The notes: a model not told the origin generated them from the letters alone. Shown: positions 1-7,777, counted from the first letter of the stretch. The stretch: DNA of 15,124 nucleotides from a virus (IMGVR_UViG_2728369181_000009), one strand, 5' to 3'. Numbers and translations are program-made.

Positions 1-1230
1 ATGTCTAATATTTGGTCAAAAGAAGAAACTCTGTGGAGTTTCGCGCTCTACGGCACAGCCGTTGGTGCAGGCACGCTCTTCCTTCCTATTCAGTTAGGTT
101 CGGCGGGGGCTGTGGTCCTGTTTATTACTGCTCTGGTCGCCTGGCCTTTAACATATTGGCCACATAAAGCCTTATGCCAGTTCATCCTCTCATCGAAAAC
201 ATCAGCAGGTGAAGGGATAACGGGCGCGGTAACACACTACTATGGCAAGAAGATTGGTAATCTGATTACCACGCTGTACTTCATCGCCTTTTTTGTCGTC
301 GTGTTGATATATGCAGTGGCAATTACCAACTCACTTACAGAACAGCTGGCAAAGCATATGGTTATTGATCTTCGCATCCGTATGTTGGTGAGTCTGGGGG
401 TTGTATTAATCCTGAATCTCATTTTTCTGATGGGACGCCATGCCACTATTCGGGTAATGGGATTTTTGGTATTCCCATTGATTGCCTATTTCTTATTTCT
501 TTCTATTTACCTGGTCGGTAGTTGGCAACCTGATCTATTAACAACCCAGGTAGAGTTCAATCAGAATACCCTTCACCAGATATGGATATCGATTCCCGTG
601 ATGGTTTTCGCTTTTAGCCATACGCCCATTATTTCTACGTTTGCCATAGACAGACGTGAAAAATATGGCGAACACGCTATGGATAAATGCAAAAAAATTA
701 TGAAAGTCGCTTATCTCATCATCTGCATAAGTGTATTGTTCTTTGTCTTTAGCTGCCTGCTTTCTATTCCACCTTCGTATATTGAAGCGGCTAAAGAAGA
801 AGGGGTTACCATTTTATCGGCGCTTTCTATGCTGCCGAACGCCCCAGCATGGTTGTCAATTTCCGGGATTATTGTCGCAGTAGTTGCGATGTCGAAATCA
901 TTCCTGGGTACGTACTTTGGCGTTATTGAAGGTGCCACAGAGGTCGTCAAAACAACATTACAGCAGGTTGGTGTAAAGAAAAGTCGTGCATTTAACCGCG
1001 CACTATCAATTATGTTGGTATCGCTGATTACCTTCATTGTTTGTTGCATTAACCCGAACGCGATTTCGATGATTTACGCGATCAGCGGCCCGCTCATTGC
1101 CATGATACTTTTCATCATGCCTACGCTGTCAACGTATCTCATCCCGGCGCTTAAACCCTGGCGTTCCATCGGAAATCTGATTACCCTGATCGTGGGTATC
1201 CTGTGCGTATCGGTAATGTTCTTTAGCTAA
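1..1230 (+). CDS. yqeG: HAAAP-family (serine/threonine-type) amino-acid transporter, 409 aa, polytopic membrane protein
   Basis: ORF fills 1..1230 with ATG at window position 1. Highly hydrophobic with multiple predicted TM helices. The N-terminal LYGTAVGAGTLFLPIQ motif resembles SdaC/TdcC-type transporters. Size and position next to the glyU/ygeR locus match my recollection of E. coli yqeG; the symbol is from memory, not a search. Confidence 0.8.
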   Translation: MSNIWSKEETLWSFALYGTAVGAGTLFLPIQLGSAGAVVLFITALVAWPLTYWPHKALCQFILSSKTSAGEGITGAVTHYYGKKIGNLITTLYFIAFFVVVLIYAVAITNSLTEQLAKHMVIDLRIRMLVSLGVVLILNLIFLMGRHATIRVMGFLVFPLIAYFLFLSIYLVGSWQPDLLTTQVEFNQNTLHQIWISIPVMVFAFSHTPIISTFAIDRREKYGEHAMDKCKKIMKVAYLIICISVLFFVFSCLLSIPPSYIEAAKEEGVTILSALSMLPNAPAWLSISGIIVAVVAMSKSFLGTYFGVIEGATEVVKTTLQQVGVKKSRAFNRALSIMLVSLITFIVCCINPNAISMIYAISGPLIAMILFIMPTLSTYLIPALKPWRSIGNLITLIVGILCVSVMFFS

Positions 1231-1240
1231 TATCCGTTGT

Positions 1241-1285
1241 GGATGGTTCAAAATTGCTTCAATTTTGAACCATCCCAGTTTTCAT
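1241..1285 (+). terminator. Rho-independent terminator of the transporter gene
   Basis: Perfect 15 bp inverted repeat GGATGGTTCAAAATT / AATTTTGAACCATCC (1241-1255, 1261-1275) with a 5 nt loop, followed by CAGTTTTCAT, 11 bp after the stop codon. Confidence 0.6.
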
Positions 1286-1544
1286 AATGTTCATTTGTTA
1301 TTATTCCGCCCTATCACTTCTCTCGTAATATTATATAATTATCAGCTAGTTAAACACACAAAGAGTTCTGAACATCTTAAATAAGACTATTTAAGATACA
1401 TGACGATTGCATTGCGTAAACGCTTTTTATTTACAAAAAATGGGGAAGTATTACGGCGATTGCGAAAAGTCTGAAGCGCTTGAATTAAGATAATATAGAA
1501 AATCAGATACAACAAAAATGGCAGGTAGATGATGTGAAGATAAA

Positions 1545-1563
1545 TTGGAGCGGCGAAGGGAAT
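1545..1563. repeat. Island-distal attachment-site direct repeat (partial copy of tRNA-Gly 3' end)
   Basis: TTGGAGCGGCGAAGGGAAT matches TTGGAGCGGGCGAAGGGAAT at 14216..14235 (3' end of glyU) with a single-base deletion in the G run. Confidence 0.75.
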
Positions 1564-1620
1564 AACACAACAAGCCACAAGACCAGTAATAAAGGCACAT
1601 TCGCGAGTTCTAAAATAGAT

Positions 1621-1644
1621 TCTATACACATTTCTATACACATT
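1621..1644. repeat. Tandem 12 bp direct repeat TCTATACACATT x2; motif recurs near the integrase end
   Basis: Two exact adjacent copies at 1621-1632 and 1633-1644. CTATACACAT recurs inverted at 14051-14060 (overlapping the int start codon) and CTATACAC direct at 14094-14101. Confidence 0.6.
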
Positions 1645-1674
1645 TATCACTCGCTTGGGAATTACACATCCCCT

Positions 1675-1735
1675 GTTATCCGTGATCAAGCTGGTGGATG
1701 ATCACGGATAACCGATATGGGAATCCCCATATCGG
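1675..1735. promoter_or_regulatory. Two adjacent perfect palindromes (14 bp arms with 10 bp spacer; 10 bp arms with 4 bp spacer); probable protein-binding or recombination-accessory sites
   Basis: GTTATCCGTGATCA (1675-1688) pairs with TGATCACGGATAAC (1699-1712). CCGATATGGG (1712-1721) pairs with CCCATATCGG (1726-1735). Confidence 0.45.
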
Positions 1736-1808
1736 CATCGCGTAGTTAATCGTAGTGGCTACCGTAGTAGTTGAGTAGCAGGATGTAACCTGCCAGGAAG
1801 GAAATGAT

Positions 1809-1844
1809 CGTGACTCGCCGTGACATGGCGTGATTAATCGTGAC
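1809..1844. repeat. Phased array of four CGTGA(C/T) direct repeats at exact 10 bp spacing
   Basis: CGTGAC at 1809, CGTGAC at 1819, CGTGAT at 1829, CGTGAC at 1839. The same hexamer forms the inner part of the palindrome arms at 1675-1712. Helical phasing suggests cooperative binding of a protein (Int arm sites, Xis/AlpA sites or a packaging-site array). Confidence 0.5.
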
Positions 1845-1885
1845 ACCAAACAAAAAGCCTTACCCGTAGACTTAATGTAAGGCTT
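1845..1885 (-). terminator. Rho-independent terminator for minus-strand transcription
   Basis: On the minus strand, a 9 bp stem AAGCCTTAC / GTAAGGCTT (1855-1863, 1877-1885) with a 13 nt loop is followed by TTTTTGTTTG. An alternative pairing GTAAGGC (1877-1883) with GCCTTAC (1893-1899) is also possible. Confidence 0.45.
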
Positions 1886-2640
1886 GGCTGTAGCCTTACC
1901 GAACGCTCCGCTCACCGTCGCAGCCTGTCCGGTTTCCGCCACTGATACGGCCTCACATCATCATGCTGGTGGCGTTCCTGTTGCAGCACAACGGAAACAG
2001 GCGCTGAACATCCGTTAAGTTTGCTTGCTGGTTACCGGGTTGAAATGGGTTAGTAGGGGGAGCGGTACGCATTCCACGTATCGGTTTCGTATCCGGTGGA
2101 TGTTCTGCGTACTTTTTTGCACAAGACCAGTAATGGCGGGCTTTCCGCTGGTATGCACTTTTCTTTTTGCGTACCACTTTTGCGCACTTTTTCAAGGTCG
2201 GCTCACAGATTCCCACCATTATGGGATCAGTTAAAGGGGCCGAACAAATCAATAGCTGTGGTGGTATCGTTTTGCATGTCAGGTTTTGACAGGTTTTTAT
2301 GGACTCCGAAAACTCACTGCACCAGATGTGCAATACATCGCGCTCATTTCGTTAACGTCGCGCGCGCGTACTTGTCGCAAAATGTCGCAAAATTTCGTCA
2401 TCGGACCAGAAATAAACCTTACTTCCCCGATGGGGTAATCTGTTACCGACGGTTTAACCGTCTGTGCCAGCAAAACGAAAGAATTTGCGGTTGACTTTAA
2501 GTCAGTCACAACACCCCATCTCACAGGCCGTGCCTTTCTAACTTTTTGCAATGCAATAAGTCAGGTAACGCTATGCGTTCCACCGTGTACACCGCGCCAG
2601 TAAAACCCCCAGATTCGTGGTTTTCCTGAATATCAGGAAT

Positions 2641-2931
2641 CTACCGCCGTAACCGTTCCGGCTTCTTCCACCGGTAAGTATTTTTCGCGCTCTCCCTCCG
2701 TTGTTGAGAACGGCGACGGCATGACAGCAATTCAAGAACCCTGATTCGTATGTCGCACATATCAGTGTCATTAAGCTGGATACCATCACGGCGCATCACC
2801 TCAGCCACCACACGCGCGTAATTTTCGGCGGTGACGGTATCCGGCTGCGTGGCCTCCTGTGTGCCTGTAGCCTGGCTGATTCCGGTAATACTGCGAATTA
2901 TCCCGAGTACTTCGGCTTCGGTCATTATCAT
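2641..2931 (-). CDS. Hypothetical protein, 96 aa, basic C-terminus; last gene of the metallopeptidase operon
   Basis: ORF with ATG at 2931, 35 bp downstream of the peptidase stop, with a weak RBS. The N-terminal two-thirds look protein-like; the Arg-rich tail is less certain. No recognisable motif. Confidence 0.35.
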   Translation of the reverse strand: MIMTEAEVLGIIRSITGISQATGTQEATQPDTVTAENYARVVAEVMRRDGIQLNDTDMCDIRIRVLELLSCRRRSQQRRESAKNTYRWKKPERLRR

Positions 2932-2966
2932 GGCCTAATAAATCGTCGAATGAGTTTGGCCGGGAG

Positions 2967-3638
2967 TTATTCCACCAGCAAAAATGGCGTAGCCCGGTCA
3001 ATGACGTTGATGCCGATTAGCGAGCTAACATTGCGACCATTAATAATGCTATCCCGTTCAAGCAAATGCGCTATTTTTTTCACTTCATACCAATATTGAG
3101 CCATGAGGGCTTTAGTCTTTTCAACAAGTTTAGAAAGCATTAACTCCCTGTTAGTTCGCTTATCTGTGGCGCAGATTAAATCGAGCATGTCATTTACGTT
3201 AGCCATGTCATAGCGATGAGGTAGTGAATACTTTTTGTTGAAAATATCGTTGTTTTCGTAAAGGGCTTCGCTTACTGGTCCGGCGAGGGATACAAAAGCG
3301 GCCTTTATTGCATCGCGCTTTATACCATCCGCGTAGTAACGTATGAAAGGGATAACTTTACCATCCCGCCCAACTACACCAGATTTACTATCCCGCAAAC
3401 GCCCGAGATCGTGGCTGTGAATTATGCTGTGTTTAACAACGCCCAAACACTTGGCCTCATGTACATGTTCGCCAGCAACGTAACCGTATTCATCCATAAC
3501 GGCGATAACCTGTACATCTAAGCGAATAAGCCATGCAGCTACTGCATGGCCCGCTTCGTGGAATGCTACACATCGTTTACCATCGCCTATCCAGTTATAG
3601 AACATTTCCTGCTCATATATCTGGTGAATGGCGCCCAT
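2967..3638 (-). CDS. Standalone zinc metallopeptidase, 223 aa, HEAGH motif (FtsH/M41-like or ImmA/IrrE-like), no ATPase domain
   Basis: Sequence FHEAGHAVAAWLIRLDVQVIAVMDEYG at residues 26-52 contains the HExxH zinc-binding motif in the HEAGHA form typical of FtsH-type protease domains. GAGGG RBS 8 nt upstream. Start ATG overlaps the upstream stop (TAATG). Family assignment is by motif recognition only. Confidence 0.55.
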   Translation of the reverse strand: MGAIHQIYEQEMFYNWIGDGKRCVAFHEAGHAVAAWLIRLDVQVIAVMDEYGYVAGEHVHEAKCLGVVKHSIIHSHDLGRLRDSKSGVVGRDGKVIPFIRYYADGIKRDAIKAAFVSLAGPVSEALYENNDIFNKKYSLPHRYDMANVNDMLDLICATDKRTNRELMLSKLVEKTKALMAQYWYEVKKIAHLLERDSIINGRNVSSLIGINVIDRATPFLLVE

Positions 3639-3814
3639 TACGCGCCCTCGCTTGCCAGTGAGGCCAGAGCCTTAGCCATGAGGCCGCGGGCAATCTGGTG
3701 AACGGTGGGAGCGACGCCGAGATTGGAGCGCTGGCGTTCACGTTCCTGAATGTTGCGTATGGCCTGCATCTGCTCGGCGGACAGCAGGACCGGCTTAACG
3801 TTTGGCTTTCTCAT
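3638..3814 (-). CDS. Small hypothetical protein, about 58 aa, possibly DNA-binding
   Basis: The six-frame ORF 3638..3907 overlaps the upstream gene by 113 bp. An internal ATG at 3814 (MRKPNVKPVLL...) has a GGAG RBS and lies 16 nt after the upstream TAA, so it is the likely start. Its stop overlaps the peptidase start. Confidence 0.4.
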   Translation of the reverse strand: MRKPNVKPVLLSAEQMQAIRNIQERERQRSNLGVAPTVHQIARGLMAKALASLASEGA

Positions 3815-3989
3815 TCTGTTCACTCCAGAACCGTGCATTTGATTCGTTGAGTTGCTGCAGGTTGCGACTCTGGCGATCGAAGTTATTGCGTGCCTTTGCC
3901 GCTTCAAGATCCTGACGGGTCAGCATCGGGCGGTGGGCGCGCTGTGGGTTGCCTGCGGCTAATTTCGGATCATAGATAGGCATGCTCAT
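3795..3989 (-). CDS. Small hypothetical protein, 64 aa
   Basis: ORF begins 6 nt after the stop of the 183 aa gene; hydrophilic, basic/Gln-rich. No recognisable motif. Confidence 0.4.
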   Translation of the reverse strand: MSMPIYDPKLAAGNPQRAHRPMLTRQDLEAAKARNNFDRQSRNLQQLNESNARFWSEQNEKAKR

Positions 3990-3995
3990 ATCTCT

Positions 3996-4547
3996 TTAGT
4001 GTTTTTTGCCCCAGAAGGTGGCGTTGTCAGCATTGATGCTGCGGATTGCGTCTCCTGTAGAAATTATTTTCGGAGCGATATTGTTTGCTTTCATGTAGTC
4101 GCCAACCTGCTCGAGTATATCGATAGCCTGATCCAGATGGATTTCTGACATTGGGTTAGGGTGTACGGCGCTGAACGCCTCAGCAGGGGCGTAGCGCAGC
4201 ACATCGAGCGCAACGATGCGCGGGTCGGCGTCGGGCAGTGCTGAATCGTATTTCGGCGCTACGGCACGTACCAGACGCATGAACTCAGCATTCATTGCTG
4301 TCGGTGCCGTGGAAGTAGCAGACGTGCCATTCAAACCGCGGGAAATCATATCGCTGTCGCGGGTGTACATGCGACGCAGGCGGTCGCCGGTGGCGATGCG
4401 CATTTTGCGTTCTTTCTCGAGTGTCGTTGCAAGACTTGCAATGATGGTCGCAACGGTTCCGCTGCACTGGAACTCCTCTTTACTGCCGTCGGCATACGTC
4501 ACCACGCCATCTTCGCCAGTCACTGCGATGTTTGTAATATCTTTCAT
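3996..4547 (-). CDS. Hypothetical protein, 183 aa; first gene of the five-gene operon
   Basis: ATG at 4547 with GAGG about 10 nt upstream. Preceded by an AT-rich promoter region and followed by four tightly linked genes. No family recognised; not obviously similar to P4 Sid, Delta or Psu as I recall them. Confidence 0.5.
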   Translation of the reverse strand: MKDITNIAVTGEDGVVTYADGSKEEFQCSGTVATIIASLATTLEKERKMRIATGDRLRRMYTRDSDMISRGLNGTSATSTAPTAMNAEFMRLVRAVAPKYDSALPDADPRIVALDVLRYAPAEAFSAVHPNPMSEIHLDQAIDILEQVGDYMKANNIAPKIISTGDAIRSINADNATFWGKKH

Positions 4548-4660
4548 CGGTCAGACCTCAGTATGTTCTATCGGATATTTATGTTTCATTAAACGCAATA
4601 ATGATATTTATTGTTGCAATTATTGCAATGTGTTTTTCTTGTGATAACATGCAAATTGAG
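4548..4660 (-). promoter_or_regulatory. AT-rich promoter/operator region of the five-gene operon, with perfect palindrome TTGCAAT-T-ATTGCAA
   Basis: 15 bp palindrome at 4614-4628 inside an AT-rich stretch, located between the tandem terminators (4705-4768) and the first operon gene. Flanked by inverted GACCTCA / TGAGGTC at 4554-4560 and 4658-4664. Confidence 0.45.
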
Positions 4661-4704
4661 GTCAGAACTCAATGAGTTGGTTCCAAACATGGTTACCGGT
4701 ACAC

Positions 4705-4736
4705 AAAAGCCCGTGCGTCTCCAGCGCGGGCTTTTT
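4705..4736. terminator. Bidirectional intrinsic terminator
   Basis: Stem AGCCCG / CGGGCT (4708-4713, 4727-4732) with extra inner pairs, flanked by AAAA on the left and TTTTT on the right. Confidence 0.45.
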
Positions 4737-4744
4737 ACTGGCAC

Positions 4745-4768
4745 AAAAAAGCCGGGAAAAATCCCGGC
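4745..4768 (-). terminator. Rho-independent terminator ending the replication-module transcript
   Basis: On the minus strand: GCCGGG, a 6 nt loop ATTTTT, CCCGGC, then TTTTTT. Lies 6 bp after the stop of the 95 aa gene. Confidence 0.6.
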
Positions 4769-4773
4769 CTCCG

Positions 4774-5061
4774 TCACTGACTGCAATTTTTCGATCCAGG
4801 GTATTTCCTGAATGCCTTACCATTGGGCTGATGTAATCCCATCCCGGCATGTGCCCGGCTGATGGTTTTGCGCATCTCCCCGAAATTATCCTGCCTTGCT
4901 GGTGGGCGTGCTGCCTTGTGGATACATTCCGCGCGACGTTTTGCCGCCTGCTCCCGTGCCTTGTCATCATTCGCCAGCATGATGACCTCAGCCCACCGCG
5001 CCGCCGCTCTCCGGTACAGACCACGCGCTTCCAGAGCTTCCGCTTTGCTGTCGTGAATCAT
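4774..5061 (-). CDS. Small helical protein, 95 aa, ANR-like (AraC-negative-regulator family) signature
   Basis: Start ATG overlaps the FinO-like stop (ATGA). N-terminal KAEALEARGLYRRAAARWAEV matches my recollection of the ANR family motif (Y..AA..W). Assignment is tentative. Confidence 0.45.
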   Translation of the reverse strand: MIHDSKAEALEARGLYRRAAARWAEVIMLANDDKAREQAAKRRAECIHKAARPPARQDNFGEMRKTISRAHAGMGLHQPNGKAFRKYPGSKNCSQ

Positions 5062-5600
5062 GCGCCTGTTTTCTCCTTTGCTGCCCGACGCTGACGTTTG
5101 CGTTTCTCATTCAGCGCAACCAGCCGCGTTTCTGCGTCCTGTTGTTCCTGTGGTGTCACCTCGCCGCACGGCTGGCATTTCAGGTCGTAGCGTACCCCAC
5201 CAGCCATTAAGGCGCGGTAATAGCGCGGACACTGCGCATAAGATGCCAGCGTCGCACGCAATGCCCCTGGCCCGAATGCCAGCCCCCTGACGGCGAGATC
5301 CTGCATCAGGTCGTCGAATATCCCCACCTTAAGCGGCTTCGGTGCTTCCCGGCTGAATAATTCAGGCCACAACTCAGTGAGGCGGTTAACGCGTCTGCGG
5401 TTTTTTCGCTGCCGTTTGGTCATATGCCGCCACGGTGTTGCCCCTGTGGGCTTCTGCTGCGCTTTCTGGTTACCGGGCATCACTTTATGCGCCGATGTGG
5501 TTTTATCCTGCTGCTGCGCCGCCTGCGTCGTTTTCTGCGGCGTGCCGTAAATACCTTTTGGTTTTCTGTTAATGGTCAGCTTAGTCATGCTTTGCCCCAT
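5058..5600 (-). CDS. FinO/ProQ-domain RNA-binding protein, about 176-180 aa
   Basis: Basic disordered N-terminus (KRQRKNRRRVNRL) followed by LTELWPELFS...PKPLKVGIFDDLMQDLAVRG...LRATLASYAQCPRYYRALMAGGVRYDLKCQPCGEV, which closely parallels the FinO core and the ProQ N-terminal domain (PLKIGIFQDL...RYDLDGNPCGE). An internal ATG at 5588 with a GGGG SD is the likelier start. Confidence 0.7.
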   Translation of the reverse strand: MGQSMTKLTINRKPKGIYGTPQKTTQAAQQQDKTTSAHKVMPGNQKAQQKPTGATPWRHMTKRQRKNRRRVNRLTELWPELFSREAPKPLKVGIFDDLMQDLAVRGLAFGPGALRATLASYAQCPRYYRALMAGGVRYDLKCQPCGEVTPQEQQDAETRLVALNEKRKRQRRAAKEKTGA

Positions 5601-5606
5601 CGTTAC

Positions 5607-5944
5607 AACTGTCTACCAACTGTCTACCGATATAATTGATTGATTTATTTAATGTTATTAACACATAACAAAAAAACAATCTGCAAACTGTCTACCAACG
5701 GTCTACCGCATTAATACATTGATAATTAATGATTTTTACTAAATGGTAGACAGTGTAGACAGTTAAAAGAGAAATTTAAAAAATGCCCCCTTAACTATCT
5801 GTTTTTTATATACCCCCCGTGGTGTAGGAATATAGAAATAACTGTCTACCTCTCTACCACATTGAAAATATCTTTATAATTCAAAATATTAATTGGTAGA
5901 TGGTTGGTAGAGGGTTAAGTGAATCTGTCTACCAACCGTCTACC
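5607..5944. repeat. Replication origin with iterons: at least 10 copies of (A/C)(A/C)C(T/G)GTCTACC in both orientations, separated by AT-rich spacers
   Basis: AACTGTCTACC at 5607, 5618, 5686 and 5840; AACGGTCTACC at 5697; AACCGTCTACC at 5934; CTGTCTACC at 5925; inverted GGTAGACAG / TGTAGACAG at 5745-5762; GGTAGATGG / GGTAGAGGG at 5895-5912. Directly 3' of the primase gene. Confidence 0.7.
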
Positions 5945-5971
5945 TTTACGTTTCAGCTTATAAATTTCGTA

Positions 5972-7777
5972 TTATGTTCTGTCGTTAATCCCTGTAGCTG
6001 CTGGCAACCAGCCATCAGCATCATCATCTAACAGAACATTTGTTATCACTCGCCCTTTATCCGGGCCTTTAGTGCATTTAGCCCGCTTATACTCCTTTCC
6101 GTATTCCGCCATAGCTCCTGGCATATCAGTACCAAAGCGTGTCAGTGATACTGGTTTTCCCAGGCCATGCGCTGACATATAGGCTAAATAAGCATGATAC
6201 AGGTATCGCCTCGGGCTAAATGGCACTATTTCCGCATTGCCCACCATCATTCCTTCACATTTAACCAACGACATCAGATAGCCGCAAAAGTCCACCAGTG
6301 AATCACCTTCGCGCTTTATCAACAGCGCTTCTTCTGATTTTTGCTGCTCATAAAGTAGTCTTTTAGCTTCGTCCTGGTCGGTAAATCGTGTTAGCAAATG
6401 GCGAATCACTACCGCCAGTTCGCCTTCTATCTTTTCCGCCAGCATGGGATCGCGTTCGTTCTCCGGTACGACCTCAGAGAAATTAAATATCACCCTACGA
6501 CGCGAGATCCCCCCGCTTCGGTCACTGAATGACATGGCGTTATTGTTTACCGCAAGCACTACTGCCGGAATACGTGTGGAGTAGGGGGCTTTATGTTTCG
6601 GATCAATTGCCACCTTGTCGCCGCCAGTAATTGCCTTAATTCCTGCACCATCGCCAGCGTAGCGAGTCATATCCGGCATGATAATCAGCGAAAAGCCAAC
6701 TACTAACGCGCGTTCCCTTGCGTCTTCCAGAGCCTTCATGCTTGCCGATACTGTGTTGGCCTTACCCGCCAGCATGGTACAAATCTCAGCCATCACACTT
6801 TTACCGCTTCCGCCTGGGCCTGTTACCTCAAGGAATAACTGCCAGTCGTACCGGTTCGCCAGTACCATGAATAATGCCGCCAGTACGCGATCAGCTTTAC
6901 GCTCATTATCTGCCACCGAACGACGCAGCCACTTCCAGAAATTCGGCGCATGTGTTGCCAGCGTTTCCCCCTCTGCTGGTGGGCTGAACGGTAATTCACT
7001 GGCATTTAACAACCAGTCATTTTTGTTATGCTCCCGAAAATTTCCCGTCCGGGTATCAAATACCCCGTTACTGAATCCAATAAGATTCCTGTCTGCCCCG
7101 CCCATAACAGGCAGGCTCAATTTCATTGTGTCTACGGCAAATTTAATGGCGTTTTGCGAATAACTGATTCCAGCATCAATAAAAATCTTCGCCATAGACC
7201 GCTGGAGTTCCTTATCAGATACAGGCACCCAGACAATTCCGTTGTAATGGTGAACTACATCAGAATCATCATTTATAGCCAGTGCTCTTCCATAATATTC
7301 AAGTAACACTTCCCCTCTCTGGCTGGCTCCCATCTGATTTAGTGCTGGCCTGGATAGGTCAATATTTTTTGTGGCTAATTTCATCGCTGAAACTTCCCCA
7401 CTCTCTGCCTGTTCGCGGATCCGTTGCAGGTAGTCGCGCCAGTTTTCCGGCTCCCGGTCGGTGATACCTTTGTATAATTTCGCGTCCTGTACACCAGCCA
7501 GCGCCAGCTTTTCAGCAATAGCATTGATCTGGATTGGCTCTATCTCCCCCGCGAGATAGACACGCGCAAAGCGACGTTCATCGTCGACAATGCGGATATT
7601 CGCCAGGTCTGCCAGTTGCTTTGGCCCCAGGTAAACAGGAGGCACGTTATCGCCGTGTTTTCGTCCTTCGCTTTCAATCCAGTGTTGAGCATGGGCGTAA
7701 GCATCCGTCCCGGCAAAAATGATTACCTCGGTGAATTTATCCTTCGGCTGATATTTTAAATTCGGTGCGTTTTTCAC
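5972..7777 (-). CDS. Replication primase/helicase, 601 aa (P4 alpha-like; P4-family primase C-terminal NTPase domain)
   Basis: Walker A motif VTGPGGSGKS in the C-terminal half, an N-terminal primase-like region, size and position upstream of the iterons. Start overlaps the upstream gene stop (ATGA). Confidence 0.8.
   Translation of the reverse strand: MKNAPNLKYQPKDKFTEVIIFAGTDAYAHAQHWIESEGRKHGDNVPPVYLGPKQLADLANIRIVDDERRFARVYLAGEIEPIQINAIAEKLALAGVQDAKLYKGITDREPENWRDYLQRIREQAESGEVSAMKLATKNIDLSRPALNQMGASQRGEVLLEYYGRALAINDDSDVVHHYNGIVWVPVSDKELQRSMAKIFIDAGISYSQNAIKFAVDTMKLSLPVMGGADRNLIGFSNGVFDTRTGNFREHNKNDWLLNASELPFSPPAEGETLATHAPNFWKWLRRSVADNERKADRVLAALFMVLANRYDWQLFLEVTGPGGSGKSVMAEICTMLAGKANTVSASMKALEDARERALVVGFSLIIMPDMTRYAGDGAGIKAITGGDKVAIDPKHKAPYSTRIPAVVLAVNNNAMSFSDRSGGISRRRVIFNFSEVVPENERDPMLAEKIEGELAVVIRHLLTRFTDQDEAKRLLYEQQKSEEALLIKREGDSLVDFCGYLMSLVKCEGMMVGNAEIVPFSPRRYLYHAYLAYMSAHGLGKPVSLTRFGTDMPGAMAEYGKEYKRAKCTKGPDKGRVITNVLLDDDADGWLPAATGINDRT

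Noticed and set aside
1231-1544. Host-versus-island boundary somewhere inside this flank
   Set aside because: Only the tRNA-derived repeat at 1545-1563 gives a defensible boundary; the interval 1286-1544 has no feature I can support.
1670-1900. Retron msr/msd-like structured element
   Set aside because: Stable inverted repeats are present but no reverse-transcriptase gene exists anywhere in the window.
1387-1942. Minus-strand ORFs of 100 and 88 aa across the attachment repeat
   Set aside because: Low-complexity, hydrophobic or Cys-rich translations over repeat and palindrome DNA, with no RBS; typical spurious ORFs in AT-rich non-coding sequence.
1953-2551. ORFs of 69-132 aa on both strands in the distal non-coding stretch
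   Set aside because: Mutually overlapping, Cys/Arg/His-rich junk-like composition and no credible start context.
2641-4547. P4 sid-delta-psu morphogenetic module
   Set aside because: Gene sizes and order do not fit, and no Cys4 zinc-finger (Ogr/Delta-like) protein is present. The comparison is from memory only.
4216-4644. Plus-strand 142 aa ORF
   Set aside because: Antisense shadow of the 183 aa minus-strand gene and its promoter; Arg/Ser-rich.
5607-5944. CRISPR array
   Set aside because: The repeats are 9-11 bp, irregularly spaced and in both orientations. That pattern is an iteron origin, not CRISPR repeat-spacer structure. No cas genes are present.
6678-7163. Plus-strand 161 aa ORF inside the primase gene (also 7028-7306, 7765-8217, 8946-9446)
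   Set aside because: All are antisense to well-supported coupled minus-strand genes and have low-complexity translations.
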